A stretch of 64,000 nt of DNA from SAR202 cluster bacterium bin87 (GTDB taxonomy: Bacteria; Chloroflexota; Dehalococcoidia; Lucifugimonadales; UBA3495), in NCBI GenBank assembly GCA_002238825.1, contig MPNC01000003.1, positions 455,208 to 519,207 of the forward strand, given 5' to 3'. This document shows positions 17,712 to 27,235 of this stretch, in pieces; positions within the stretch are counted from its first letter, which is position 1; each line of letters opens with the position of its first letter. Under the pieces are notes generated by a model. That model was not told the DNA's origin. It saw nothing but the letters and a program-made list of their open reading frames with translations, and ran no database searches. A program made the translations under genes and the position numbers.

Positions 17712-19571
17712 CTACCGGTGCTTGATGTACTCGTAGCCGTTGATGTTGCGGAGGTCTCGATAGCGCACGCCCTCGGACCAGGGTTGGATCCTGGGACCAA
17801 CGGGCCAGATCACGTCGAAATTGTACAGCCCAATATTGGTGATGGCGTTTTCGAACATGAAGGTGGTGATCTCGATGGCCAGCGCGCGGCGCGCAGCCGC
17901 GTTGATCTCACCCTTGTGCTGAGCGATCTTTTCGTCCAGCCAGGGGTGGTCTGCGCCGCTGCTCCAGACCGCCTGGTGGCCCAGCTTCGAGCCTTTATCA
18001 GTAAATCCCTGGCCGGGTTCCAGGCGTATACCGGCGGCGTGGCAGGTGGCGCCCTGGTACGTTCGTCCCACTATCGTAGGTCGAAGAGTGCTATAGGGTA
18101 CCTTCTGGAAGTTCACGTCTACACCGATGTCGGCCCACATCGCAGCGATGGCTTCACAAGCTTCGACTTCAACCGGCGCGCCCCGTAGGGAAGGCGTCAG
18201 CGTAATGCTGAATCCGTCTGGGTAGCCGGCTTCTGCCAGAAGTTCCAGCGCCCGGTCCGGGTTGTATTCCCAGCGCATTTCCGGGGGCAGCCAGGTTTCT
18301 TCGTACTGACCGTACTCCCACATCACCGCCGGGCTGCCGTATCCCCGCAGCAAGGTGTCGACGATGCTTTGCCGGTCGATGGCGATAGACAGGGCGTTGC
18401 GAACCTTGGCCGCGTTGGCCCATTCCGCGGAGTTGACGTCCGCGCTTGCGGAGATCCAGGGCAGTTCTGGATCGAATCCGGGCAACTGGTCTTCAGTCCC
18501 GGCGCCCACGTGATATTGCCCACAGATGTTGAGCGCGGATTCTCCCCCACCAGGCAGGCGCATCAATTCCGCACCTTCCACGCCGAGCAAAGCATCCAAC
18601 GAATCGAAAGCGCTTACGGTGGTGTCCAGGTTTCCGGTCTGGAATCCGGCGATCCGGGAGGATTCTTCGGGAATTTCCCGGAAGTACATCTCGGCGAAAT
18701 GCGGAGTTTTCCGCCAGTGGTTTTCCACGGCTTCCATGCGCCAGAACGAGCCGGTGCTGAAGTCCACCAAGTCCCAGGAGCCGGTTGCGGCAATTTGGCT
18801 GTTCGCTACTTCGGCCCCCAGCTCCTCGGTCTGCTTTTTGCTGATGATCCAGGATCCGGCGCCGCCCGGGCTGGTGACAATTTCGTTTACGGGAACCTGC
18901 GACCAGGGCGCTCCGGTGTTGACTTCGACCGTGTAGTCGTCAATGGCCTTGGCATGCCCGTCTTCGTTTTCCCAAATCCCGCGGACGTTGGATGCCCGAG
19001 CGTGCTTGGAACCCTCGGCTCCGAATTGGCGCATGCCCCAGATGATATCCTCGGCGGTCATCTCGCCGTAACCCTTATGGAATTGGACGCCTTCGTTCAA
19101 ATGGAAAGTCCAGGTCGAACCGTCTTCGGAAACTTCCCAACTGTGGGCCAACATCGGCACGGCCACCAAGTCGCTACTAACCGTCAAGAGCGATTCGCCG
19201 ATTGGAGCGGTTTGCAGGACAAAAATCTGCGGGTTGCCCGTGAGGGCGGGATGGCCCATGAAGGGACCAAGTTCCTTCTGACCAACATTGAGAGTTCCCA
19301 CGGGTTGCTCCGATGAGCCCACAGCAGAACTCTCGGGAGTGGGGATTGGGGTGGAGATAGGAACCGGCGTGGAGGCCTGTTGCTGGGGAGCAGGCTGGGC
19401 CGCGGTAGGTTCCGGGGCCTGCTGTCCAGCCTGCTGCTCCGATGGCGCCGGTTGGGCTGCTGACCCTTCCTCCTGTGAAGCGCCACCGCATGCGATCACC
19501 GTAGCCAAAGATAGGGACAGGGCCGCCAGGATGACGGTGATGGTGGATAGCTTTCTGGGGAGGGTCAGCAT
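17712..19571 (-). CDS. ABC substrate-binding lipoprotein, family 5 (close paralogue of the downstream SBP)
   Basis: Start reassigned to MLTLPRK (GAGG RBS); lipobox VIAC; same family-5 motifs. Confidence 0.92.
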   Translation of the reverse strand: MLTLPRKLSTITVILAALSLSLATVIACGGASQEEGSAAQPAPSEQQAGQQAPEPTAAQPAPQQQASTPVPISTPIPTPESSAVGSSEQPVGTLNVGQKELGPFMGHPALTGNPQIFVLQTAPIGESLLTVSSDLVAVPMLAHSWEVSEDGSTWTFHLNEGVQFHKGYGEMTAEDIIWGMRQFGAEGSKHARASNVRGIWENEDGHAKAIDDYTVEVNTGAPWSQVPVNEIVTSPGGAGSWIISKKQTEELGAEVANSQIAATGSWDLVDFSTGSFWRMEAVENHWRKTPHFAEMYFREIPEESSRIAGFQTGNLDTTVSAFDSLDALLGVEGAELMRLPGGGESALNICGQYHVGAGTEDQLPGFDPELPWISASADVNSAEWANAAKVRNALSIAIDRQSIVDTLLRGYGSPAVMWEYGQYEETWLPPEMRWEYNPDRALELLAEAGYPDGFSITLTPSLRGAPVEVEACEAIAAMWADIGVDVNFQKVPYSTLRPTIVGRTYQGATCHAAGIRLEPGQGFTDKGSKLGHQAVWSSGADHPWLDEKIAQHKGEINAAARRALAIEITTFMFENAITNIGLYNFDVIWPVGPRIQPWSEGVRYRDLRNINGYEYIKHR

Positions 19572-19615
19572 ATGTACCTCGAGATCAAGTGGTGAGACTT
19601 GACCCCGCCAGTGTA

Positions 19616-21466
19616 CTACTTCCGGTGCTTGATGTACTCGTAGCCGTTGATCTGGCGAACGTCGCTGCGCCGGACGTACTCGCCCCACGGCTGGATGCGC
19701 GGGCCCACCGGCCAGATGGCGTCGATGTTGTAGTAAGTCAGGTCGGTGAGGGCGTGGTCGAACAGGAACTGCCCGAGTTCACGCTCCATCTGCTCGCGCG
19801 CGGCGGGATCCACTTCACCCATGGCGCGGCGCATCAGGTCATCAGACCACTGGTGCTCCAAGCCGCGGTTGAACGGGTTTTCGGTCAGGTAGCTGCCGAA
19901 CCCGTTGGCCGGTGTGGGCAGCGGACCACCAGCGTGGCACGTCGCGCCCTGGTAGGTGCGTCCGACCAGCGTGGGGCGAAGCGTTCCGTAGGGTACCTTC
20001 TGGAAATCGACGTCGAGACCGATGTCATTCCACATCTGAGCGATGGCTTCGCAGCTTTCCACTTCCTGTGGCGCGCCGCGCAGGGCCGGGGTCAGGGTGA
20101 TGTTGAACCCATCCGGGTATCCGGCCTCTTCCAGCAACTGCATCGCGCGTTCGGGGCTGTACTCCCAGTCCCGGCCGTCCAGGTAGTGCTCGAAGCCGCT
20201 GTACGAGTGGATGGGCGTGGCGGTGCTGCCGTGGCCGGACAGGATCTCGTCAACCAGGGCCTGGCGGTCAATTGCGGTCATCAGAGCCAGGCGCACCTTA
20301 CGGGCACGGTCCCACTCCGGCGACGTTATATCGTCGGTGGGAGACACCCAGGGGTTTTCAGGGTCGTAGCCGGGCCGGGTTTCGATGCCCTCAACGGGGT
20401 ACCAGTTGCCGTAAATGCGGAGGCTCTGAACGATGGCGTTGGGCACTTTCATCAGTTCGGCGCCTTCTACTTCCAGCACGCTGGGTATGGAGTCGTATCC
20501 CATGAGGAAGGTATCCAGGGCGCCAGTCTTGAAACCGGCGACGCGGGAGGACTCTTCGGGGATTTCCCACATGACGAACTCATCGAACTCGGGGGTATGG
20601 CGCCAGTGATCGCGTACCGCCTTCATCTTCCAGAACTCGCCGGTGCGGTGGTCCACGATTTCCCAGGGGCCGGTGGCGGCCATCTGCGAGCTGGCCTCGT
20701 CCACGCCCAGCTCTTCGGTCTGCTTCTTGCTGGCGATGAAGGTGGATGCGCCGCCGGGGGTCATGTGCCATCGCTGGGCGATAACGTGAACCAACGGTTC
20801 GCCGGTATGCACCTGCAGGGTGTGGCTATCGATGACCATGGAGCCGTCCCGGTCCGCCCAGAACTTCTCCAACTGGCCGGCGCGCGGGTGCTTGCTAAGA
20901 CCCCATTGCTGCATCGACCAGACGACGTCTTCTGCTGTCATCTCGCCGTAGCCCTTGTGGAACTGCACTCCCTTGTTCAGATGGAAGGTCCAGACGAGGA
21001 AGTCGTCGGAGATCTCCCAGGATTCGGCGAGCAGGCCAAGCACCTCTCGGTTCGCGTCTTCCTGCAGCAGGCCTTCGCCGATTGGCGCCGTGCCGTGCAC
21101 AAAGATCTGGGGATTGCCCAGGCTGCTGGGGTGCAGGAAGAAGGGACCCATTTCCTTCAGACCGGTGCTGAGGATGCCCGTGGGCTCGGCCATCATCATG
21201 GAGTCACCCGAACCGGAGGCTTGCGGCACGGCGGTCGGCGCCGCCTGGCCCTGGGCGGGCGCAGCCTGTGTCGCGGCCGGAGCGCTCGACTGCTGGCTGC
21301 CTGAGGCGGGTTGCTGGGGCGCCGCTTGCGGCGCGGCAGCAGCGGTTGGCGCGGCAGCAGGAGCTTCAGACTCCCCCGCGCTGCCACACGCGACAATGGG
21401 GGTCAGAAACAACCCTCCGATAACAAGGACAAGAAAACTCTTTCGGCTGATTCCGAACCAATTCAT
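19616..21466 (-). CDS. ABC substrate-binding lipoprotein, family 5
   Basis: Start MNWFG after AGGAGGT; lipobox IVAC; family-5 motifs. Confidence 0.92.
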   Translation of the reverse strand: MNWFGISRKSFLVLVIGGLFLTPIVACGSAGESEAPAAAPTAAAAPQAAPQQPASGSQQSSAPAATQAAPAQGQAAPTAVPQASGSGDSMMMAEPTGILSTGLKEMGPFFLHPSSLGNPQIFVHGTAPIGEGLLQEDANREVLGLLAESWEISDDFLVWTFHLNKGVQFHKGYGEMTAEDVVWSMQQWGLSKHPRAGQLEKFWADRDGSMVIDSHTLQVHTGEPLVHVIAQRWHMTPGGASTFIASKKQTEELGVDEASSQMAATGPWEIVDHRTGEFWKMKAVRDHWRHTPEFDEFVMWEIPEESSRVAGFKTGALDTFLMGYDSIPSVLEVEGAELMKVPNAIVQSLRIYGNWYPVEGIETRPGYDPENPWVSPTDDITSPEWDRARKVRLALMTAIDRQALVDEILSGHGSTATPIHSYSGFEHYLDGRDWEYSPERAMQLLEEAGYPDGFNITLTPALRGAPQEVESCEAIAQMWNDIGLDVDFQKVPYGTLRPTLVGRTYQGATCHAGGPLPTPANGFGSYLTENPFNRGLEHQWSDDLMRRAMGEVDPAAREQMERELGQFLFDHALTDLTYYNIDAIWPVGPRIQPWGEYVRRSDVRQINGYEYIKHRK

Positions 21467-21610
21467 CAAGCGACCTCCTGGCGGCATTTACCGTTGCGAA
21501 GTAGAAGTAACGGGAAGAAACGGGCTCCAAGAGCCCGCCGATTTTTGGCTGGGATGCGGTGAATTTCGCTGGTTTTGGCTCTGGAAATTCGGGGATATCA
21601 GTGCCGGCGC

Positions 21611-21671
21611 AGTCTATCGGACGGATTTTGCAATGTCAATATGTCATATACTAATTATTATCGTATGACAT
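21611..21671 (-). promoter_or_regulatory. Sigma70 promoter and adjacent inverted-repeat operator for the ABC operon
   Basis: TTGACA(21639-21634)-N17-TAGACT(21616-21611); ATGTCATA-N15-TATGACAT at 21641-21671. Confidence 0.65.
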
Positions 21672-22304
21672 TATTCTGAACCGTGATGCCTCAAGCAAAT
21701 CCCATCCTTGCCCGGTTGAAGGTTTCACTCCCCGTTCAGGGGATGATCATGCACTGAACGAGCAATTTCCCAAGCGGTTAAACGGCATTAACCGTCCGAT
21801 TTTCGCCGGTTCGCGACATAGCCACCGGCATGTAAACATCTGGCAATGGACGAGCAAAATATACCGACGATCCTGAATCGTGCATACCGGTCGGAAGGCG
21901 CGGTTCAGATCGGAAGGCGCGGTTCAGACAATGCCGCATGCCATTACCAATACGGAACCACAAAAGGGCGCCACAGCGACGCATTGCCCATATCGCGCGT
22001 TCCAGTGCGGCATGCGGAAATCCGCTGCCGGCGGCGCGATGGTGGTTGGGGTGGGGGTATTGGCAGCGTCCTCGCGGGTGTTCCGGGTGCGGTTGCCCCG
22101 CGATACCGAGCGGGCGGAGCGCAGGATGCTGAAGAATGCGCCGACCGCCAGATCTGCGCCGGCGACGGTTCCCGACGCGGTGGACCAGAACCAATACGGT
22201 CCGGTTCCGGGAACTTCGCCGGCATCCGGGCGGTCACCACTCATCGGCTGCGACCGCCGATCTCCGGTTGTCCGACCGAATCGTGGCTATCGACCCACGC
22301 CTGA

Positions 22305-23471
22305 CTATCGAGCTACAAAGGTGACGGTCGTATCGTCGTTGACGTTGACGGAATATTCCGCCCCGGATTCGAAATCAGAACCCAGCGGCACCGCGGTTTC
22401 CAGGATAGGGAAATCCGCAGTGCAAACTACGAGTGGATCGGAGACCTCGTGGTGGGTGATGACCACGTCCAACTGATCAGGAGAGGCGCGTTGTATTTCG
22501 TAGCCGTTGAATTGGGAACAGCCGCTTCCTCGAGGCAGTCCCGACACCACGCGCAGGGTGTGCTGATGTGGGGCGGATTCGGATATCGCCACTTCCGCGG
22601 ATTGGACTGGCGACTGAGCGATTGCGGTATGACCCAGGCGGGCCTCGGGAACGGTGAATGTGGTGGTCTCCACGCCGTTCACGATGACACGGTACGGCCG
22701 GCCTGGGGTGAGCGGGGCGCCGACGTGGAGCACGGTGTCCAGTTCCACGACCTCCTCGTGACACGGAGCAGCCCAGGGCGTTTCCGGCGGCTGCATCAGC
22801 GTAAGACGCACGATGATTTTTCGGCCGTCGACGGTGAGTTTCTGGTAGCCGGGGCGGGCGCAGTTTTCCAGGGCTGATTGGTAGTATGCGACGCGCAGCA
22901 GGGGTACCGGCTCGTTGGGAATTAGGTTGGCCCATATCACCGGTGCGGGGGCTTCCTGCCATGCGCGCCAGTCTTCCCCGGACTCCAGGTTGGCCACCAG
23001 ATCCGGTGGGGGTTCCACCAGGACCAGGAGCATTTCGACGCGGTTGGGATTGCCCCGGGTCAGCACCTCGTACGCGGTATCGTTGGTAAAGGCCAGGCGG
23101 CCGTCCGACTCCACGATTCGCGCGGACAGGGAGTAGCGGTTCCTCCCGTCAACGAGGCCGGGGTCGTACGGAAGGCTAAACTTGATCGGGACCTGCCCTG
23201 GATTCGTGGTGGTCTGGCTGGCTATCACCTGCGACGGGGCGTCGGCGTGGCTAGTGTCCCGTAGCTCAACGATCAAGGAGGCTCCGGGGGTCAGCGCTAA
23301 TTTCTCGTTGTAAGACACGGTTCCGCTCACCGTCGTTGTCCGCTGACCGCCGGTAGCCGGGCTACCGGCGTCTCCGCCGGACCCCGGATCGCTGGCGCAC
23401 GCCACGCCCAGAGCGGCCACACAGGCAACAAGTGCCAATGGAACGGCCGAGTGAATATTGGTCTTCATCAA
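22305..23471 (-). CDS. YbaY/YscW-family lipoprotein with two C-terminal Cys-pair domains
   Basis: Lipobox GVAC; VSGTVSY.E..AL.P...V.L.DTS.ADAP...QVPIKF.L.YDP. Confidence 0.8.
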   Translation of the reverse strand: MMKTNIHSAVPLALVACVAALGVACASDPGSGGDAGSPATGGQRTTTVSGTVSYNEKLALTPGASLIVELRDTSHADAPSQVIASQTTTNPGQVPIKFSLPYDPGLVDGRNRYSLSARIVESDGRLAFTNDTAYEVLTRGNPNRVEMLLVLVEPPPDLVANLESGEDWRAWQEAPAPVIWANLIPNEPVPLLRVAYYQSALENCARPGYQKLTVDGRKIIVRLTLMQPPETPWAAPCHEEVVELDTVLHVGAPLTPGRPYRVIVNGVETTTFTVPEARLGHTAIAQSPVQSAEVAISESAPHQHTLRVVSGLPRGSGCSQFNGYEIQRASPDQLDVVITHHEVSDPLVVCTADFPILETAVPLGSDFESGAEYSVNVNDDTTVTFVAR

Positions 23472-23784
23472 TGTTTCCTCGCGGCGCCGATCGGCGCCGT
23501 ATAGCTATTTGCGAGAACGATCGGGAACTATCACTCTCGCGGCGGCTGAAATCGTCAAGCGACCCTGGGCTCAAGCCCGTGGATATGACGTAGATAGACT
23601 GTAGGTCTGCAAATATACGAATTCATATAAGAAACGGTTTCAAATTGCCGTGCGACCGTGTCCACGTTGCAATTGTCGATTGCAGGCATCGCTTTATCTA
23701 GCGATTACTTGCAACAATGTTTCCAAGCCATGATAATGCTATGGCCTGGATATACTCAGGCTAGACCCTGATACAGGAAGCATT

Positions 23785-25317
23785 ATGATAGCAGAGCGTG
23801 ACGCCAGATGGTCCAGAGCCGCACAGGTGGGCATGCTGATGCGAGCCTACCGGGAAACGTTTCCGCTGGAGGGCGGGAAGCGCGGACTGACGCAGGCCAG
23901 CCTCCTGCGGCGTATGTCGGCGGTAAACGCCCAGTACGCCGAAAGGTACAGCCACGTGACCGTGTCCCGTTGGGAAACCGGCGCGACGTTGCCTACCGAG
24001 GAGCGGCTGCGGGACTTCGGCACGGCCCTCGATCTGGCGCCCACCGAGGTGGAGGGACTGATTGGACTGGCTGGGCTCAGGCACGAAGCGGGGTCTGATC
24101 GGGTGGAGACATTTGACGGTCACGCAGATAGCGAGGCTGGCGTGAGTGTTGACTGGAAACGGCCGGCTCGGGAGGTGTCGGTTCGTGAACCGGACACGTC
24201 CTCCCGCGGTGAGTCTCGCTCCGGGGATGCTGACCCGGGCTCCGTCATCCCCGAACCGGCGAGCATAGTCCGGTACCTGTCCTACAAGTGCGTTTTGACC
24301 GGCGTTGCCATCGCGGCGATGGGGTACGCACTGGCGGCGTTTGGCTGGGACAACTCCTGGATGCCCTTGGTTTACGTTGCAGCGATCATGTGCCTGGTGA
24401 CGGCGCAGGGGCTGCTGTATCGGCGTCGCCCACACGACCTGGGTGAGTTCTACAGCACAACCGTGTTCTTCTTGCTGAGCACGTTCCTCCTGCAATCCGC
24501 GTTTATCCGTATGGACCCCTACGGTTTCTTTACGATGGGCGATTACGCAGGAACCCACATCCCGTACCTGCTGGCGCTGGAGGCCAACCTGGCTCTGGCT
24601 TCGATCTCCGGGCTCGCGTTTCACCTGCTCCGCCAATGGCAGTACTCCGGTGATCAATGGCGGAGCAACGCTCTGAGGCGCGCGGTGGCAGTCGCCTTGC
24701 CACCTACGCTGTTCGCGTACGCCGCCGTAGTGGTGTTCTCCAATATCTCACTGTGGATCCAGTTGGTCTTGGTGCTGCCGCCGATGGCCGGAGTGTTCAT
24801 GGTCCTGTTGGTACTGCGCGACCCCGAGGTGCGGCCCGACGCCGGCGACCGCCGTTTCACGTTGGCAACCACCATTGCGCTGATGGCCGTAATGGGTTCA
24901 CTGGGAGCGGGCGTGGTCGTGACGACGTACCTGGCGCCAAGCATCCCGGCGGTCTTCCCTGATCACAATTGGTGGACTTCGTGGGAGATCGACTACAGCC
25001 GGTTGGGTTATCCGCAAGAGGAGGCTTTGGAGCGGCTCAACTTTGGCTACCTCTGGCACGGGTTGGCCACATTCCTCTACATAGTGCTGGTGGTAGCGGG
25101 GGTTCTCATTTCCGCGATCTATCGAATCGGCCGAAACGACGGCACAATGGTCGCCGCACCGGGGTCCTGGTCAACAAATCCGGTATACCAGGCGGTTACG
25201 GCCCGGACTCGCCGGGTTGGATCGATGATCGCTCGGGGGCGGCAATTGCCTCACGTCGGGCGCGGCGAGTGGTCGTGGCAACCGTCGGAACCGGGCGAAA
25301 TCCCCGCGACAGGCTAA
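23785..25317 (+). CDS. XRE-type HTH protein fused to a multi-pass membrane domain
   Basis: GLTQASL...TVSRWETGATLP HTH; about 8 hydrophobic segments. Confidence 0.8.
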   Translation: MIAERDARWSRAAQVGMLMRAYRETFPLEGGKRGLTQASLLRRMSAVNAQYAERYSHVTVSRWETGATLPTEERLRDFGTALDLAPTEVEGLIGLAGLRHEAGSDRVETFDGHADSEAGVSVDWKRPAREVSVREPDTSSRGESRSGDADPGSVIPEPASIVRYLSYKCVLTGVAIAAMGYALAAFGWDNSWMPLVYVAAIMCLVTAQGLLYRRRPHDLGEFYSTTVFFLLSTFLLQSAFIRMDPYGFFTMGDYAGTHIPYLLALEANLALASISGLAFHLLRQWQYSGDQWRSNALRRAVAVALPPTLFAYAAVVVFSNISLWIQLVLVLPPMAGVFMVLLVLRDPEVRPDAGDRRFTLATTIALMAVMGSLGAGVVVTTYLAPSIPAVFPDHNWWTSWEIDYSRLGYPQEEALERLNFGYLWHGLATFLYIVLVVAGVLISAIYRIGRNDGTMVAAPGSWSTNPVYQAVTARTRRVGSMIARGRQLPHVGRGEWSWQPSEPGEIPATG

Positions 25318-25448
25318 CCGCCGGCGGCAGGGGTCACCGAGATGGCCGGCTCACCGCCGGCCTAACGCGTCGTCCGCGTCGGGATGCGCTGTGAACGAAC
25401 TCCGGTGTGTTGGATCTGCAGCGTCCGCCGCTGGGGAAACGGAACAGG

Positions 25449-26678
25449 TCAGGCGCGGCGCAACTTCGGAGCGGCCAGGGCCAGCAGCGCGACCAGGACG
25501 ATGCCGGTGAACCCCACCACCTGGGCTGCGCCGGGAGCACCCCATGCTCCGGCGATTCCACCGGCGGCCACGCTGCCAAAGCTGTAGGCCAGGATCGCGA
25601 AGGACCGCAGGCTCATCACGCGGCCCCGGAATTGCGGCTCGGTAGTACGGAGCAACAGGGTCAAAATCAGGACCTGGGTGGAGGCAAAAGACATTCCCAC
25701 CACCACGAAAAGCGCCATCGACAGGTAGAAGGACGTTGAGAGCGAAAACAGTAGAATGGAACCGTGCCAGCACAACACCGCGATGATGAGCAACAATCCG
25801 GGTCGGCGCAGGTTCGGCACCATGGTGAAGCCCAGTGATCCGGTGAGAGCTCCGCTGCCGAAGGCAAACAACAGCAGTCCCAGTCCGGCAGAGTCGCTGC
25901 CCAGCACGTCCCGGGCGAAAATGGGCGCCAGGCCGGTGTGCACGGTCCAGCCGGCCAGATTGATGATGACGGCAACCGCAAGGACCGCCCAGAGAATCTG
26001 GTTGCCGGCGGCGTACCGCAAGCCCCCGATCACCGTGCTCATGACCCGCTCGGGTCCTCGTACCACGGTTGTGGGCGGAGTACGGACGTTCAGTGCGACG
26101 AGCCCGCTGGCCATATAGAGGCACGCGATAGCAGTGTAAGCGCCCTGTGGGCCCAGGCCCTTAAAGAGATATCCCCCAATCACGGGGCCGCAGAGCATCG
26201 CGATGTTCATGGCCACCGTGTTGAACGCGGCGCCGTGTCCCAGTTGATCGGTGCGCAACGTGTCCGCCACCAGGGACTGCGCCACCGGCATCTGGCAGAG
26301 GCGGACGACCCCCATGACCAGCGTGATGGCAAAGATGTGCCACACCTCCAGCCTGCCCGTGAGGATCAGGCCCAACATCAGCGCGCCCATCGAGCCCATG
26401 ATGAACTCGACCGACGCCAGCAGACGGTTGCGCGGCAAGCGGTCGGCCAGAGCACCGGTGAACAGGGCCAGGAAGTTCAGCGCCATCCGCGCGGCGGCAA
26501 TGGCTCCGACCAGGAACGGCGAATCGGTCAGGGTGAGGACGAACCAGCCCAGCACCGCAGACTCCATCTGCGTCCCCACGCCGACGAGGGCGGTGGAGCC
26601 CCAGACGAAGGCGAAGTCGCGGTTCCGGAATACGCCCAGCGGGGAGGAAGCGCGATGCAGGGTCGCGGCGACCCTCAT
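25449..26678 (-). CDS. MFS transporter
   Basis: GALADRLPRNR motif A, FRGRVMS; about 12 TM. Confidence 0.92.
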   Translation of the reverse strand: MRVAATLHRASSPLGVFRNRDFAFVWGSTALVGVGTQMESAVLGWFVLTLTDSPFLVGAIAAARMALNFLALFTGALADRLPRNRLLASVEFIMGSMGALMLGLILTGRLEVWHIFAITLVMGVVRLCQMPVAQSLVADTLRTDQLGHGAAFNTVAMNIAMLCGPVIGGYLFKGLGPQGAYTAIACLYMASGLVALNVRTPPTTVVRGPERVMSTVIGGLRYAAGNQILWAVLAVAVIINLAGWTVHTGLAPIFARDVLGSDSAGLGLLLFAFGSGALTGSLGFTMVPNLRRPGLLLIIAVLCWHGSILLFSLSTSFYLSMALFVVVGMSFASTQVLILTLLLRTTEPQFRGRVMSLRSFAILAYSFGSVAAGGIAGAWGAPGAAQVVGFTGIVLVALLALAAPKLRRA

Positions 26679-26860
26679 GCCGGATCTGAGCCGTGAGAAC
26701 GCGCCGAAACTGGGCTGCGGGCGGTGGCCCTGAGAAATGCGGTCACCCGCGATAAATCACCTGGACTGGTTGTCACCCGACTTTCCCCCTGGCTTCCGAC
26801 GCTTTGAGTGCCGGATGATAACATGCGGCGTGATGGGCGTTGGGCAGGCTCAGGTTGGCG

Positions 26861-27014
26861 GCCCGGCCTGTGCAACGTGATGGGCTTCTTTGGTTTCCGC
26901 TCATCCTGAGCCCGTAGTTGGGTTTCCGCTCATCCTGAGCCTGTCGAAGGATGCCGGAGTCGTGGTTCGACAAGATCACCATGCGCGGGAGGAGGGACTT
27001 TGCACAAGCCCTCG
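26861..27014. mobile_element. MITE-like element with a family C palindrome (CCGCTCATCCTGAGC...TTCGACAAG)
   Basis: Imperfect TIR GGCCTGTGCAACGT/ACTTTGCACAAGCC; flanked by GGTTGGCG on both sides. Confidence 0.65.
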
Positions 27015-27022
27015 GGTTGGCG

Positions 27023-27183
27023 GTACTTGTTCAGAGTTGCCGGGGAAAGTGTCATTGCGAGCGCAGCGCGGCAATCTCGTTGGAGCCTGGGAGACCTTCA
27101 GGGCAGACGTAGCTGCTACAGCGTCGAGATTGCCACGGCGCAAGCGCCTCGCAATGACAACCTCCTGAATTCTGAACAGTTAC
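27023..27183. mobile_element. 161-bp MITE (GTAACTGTTCAG-type TIR) with a family A core
   Basis: Perfect 8-bp TSD GGTTGGCG; an inverted homologue lies at 57905-58064. Confidence 0.85.
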
Positions 27184-27235
27184 GGTTGGCGGTGTACCGC
27201 AGGTACGTGATAGTCTGCTGACCGCAGCGCACTCG

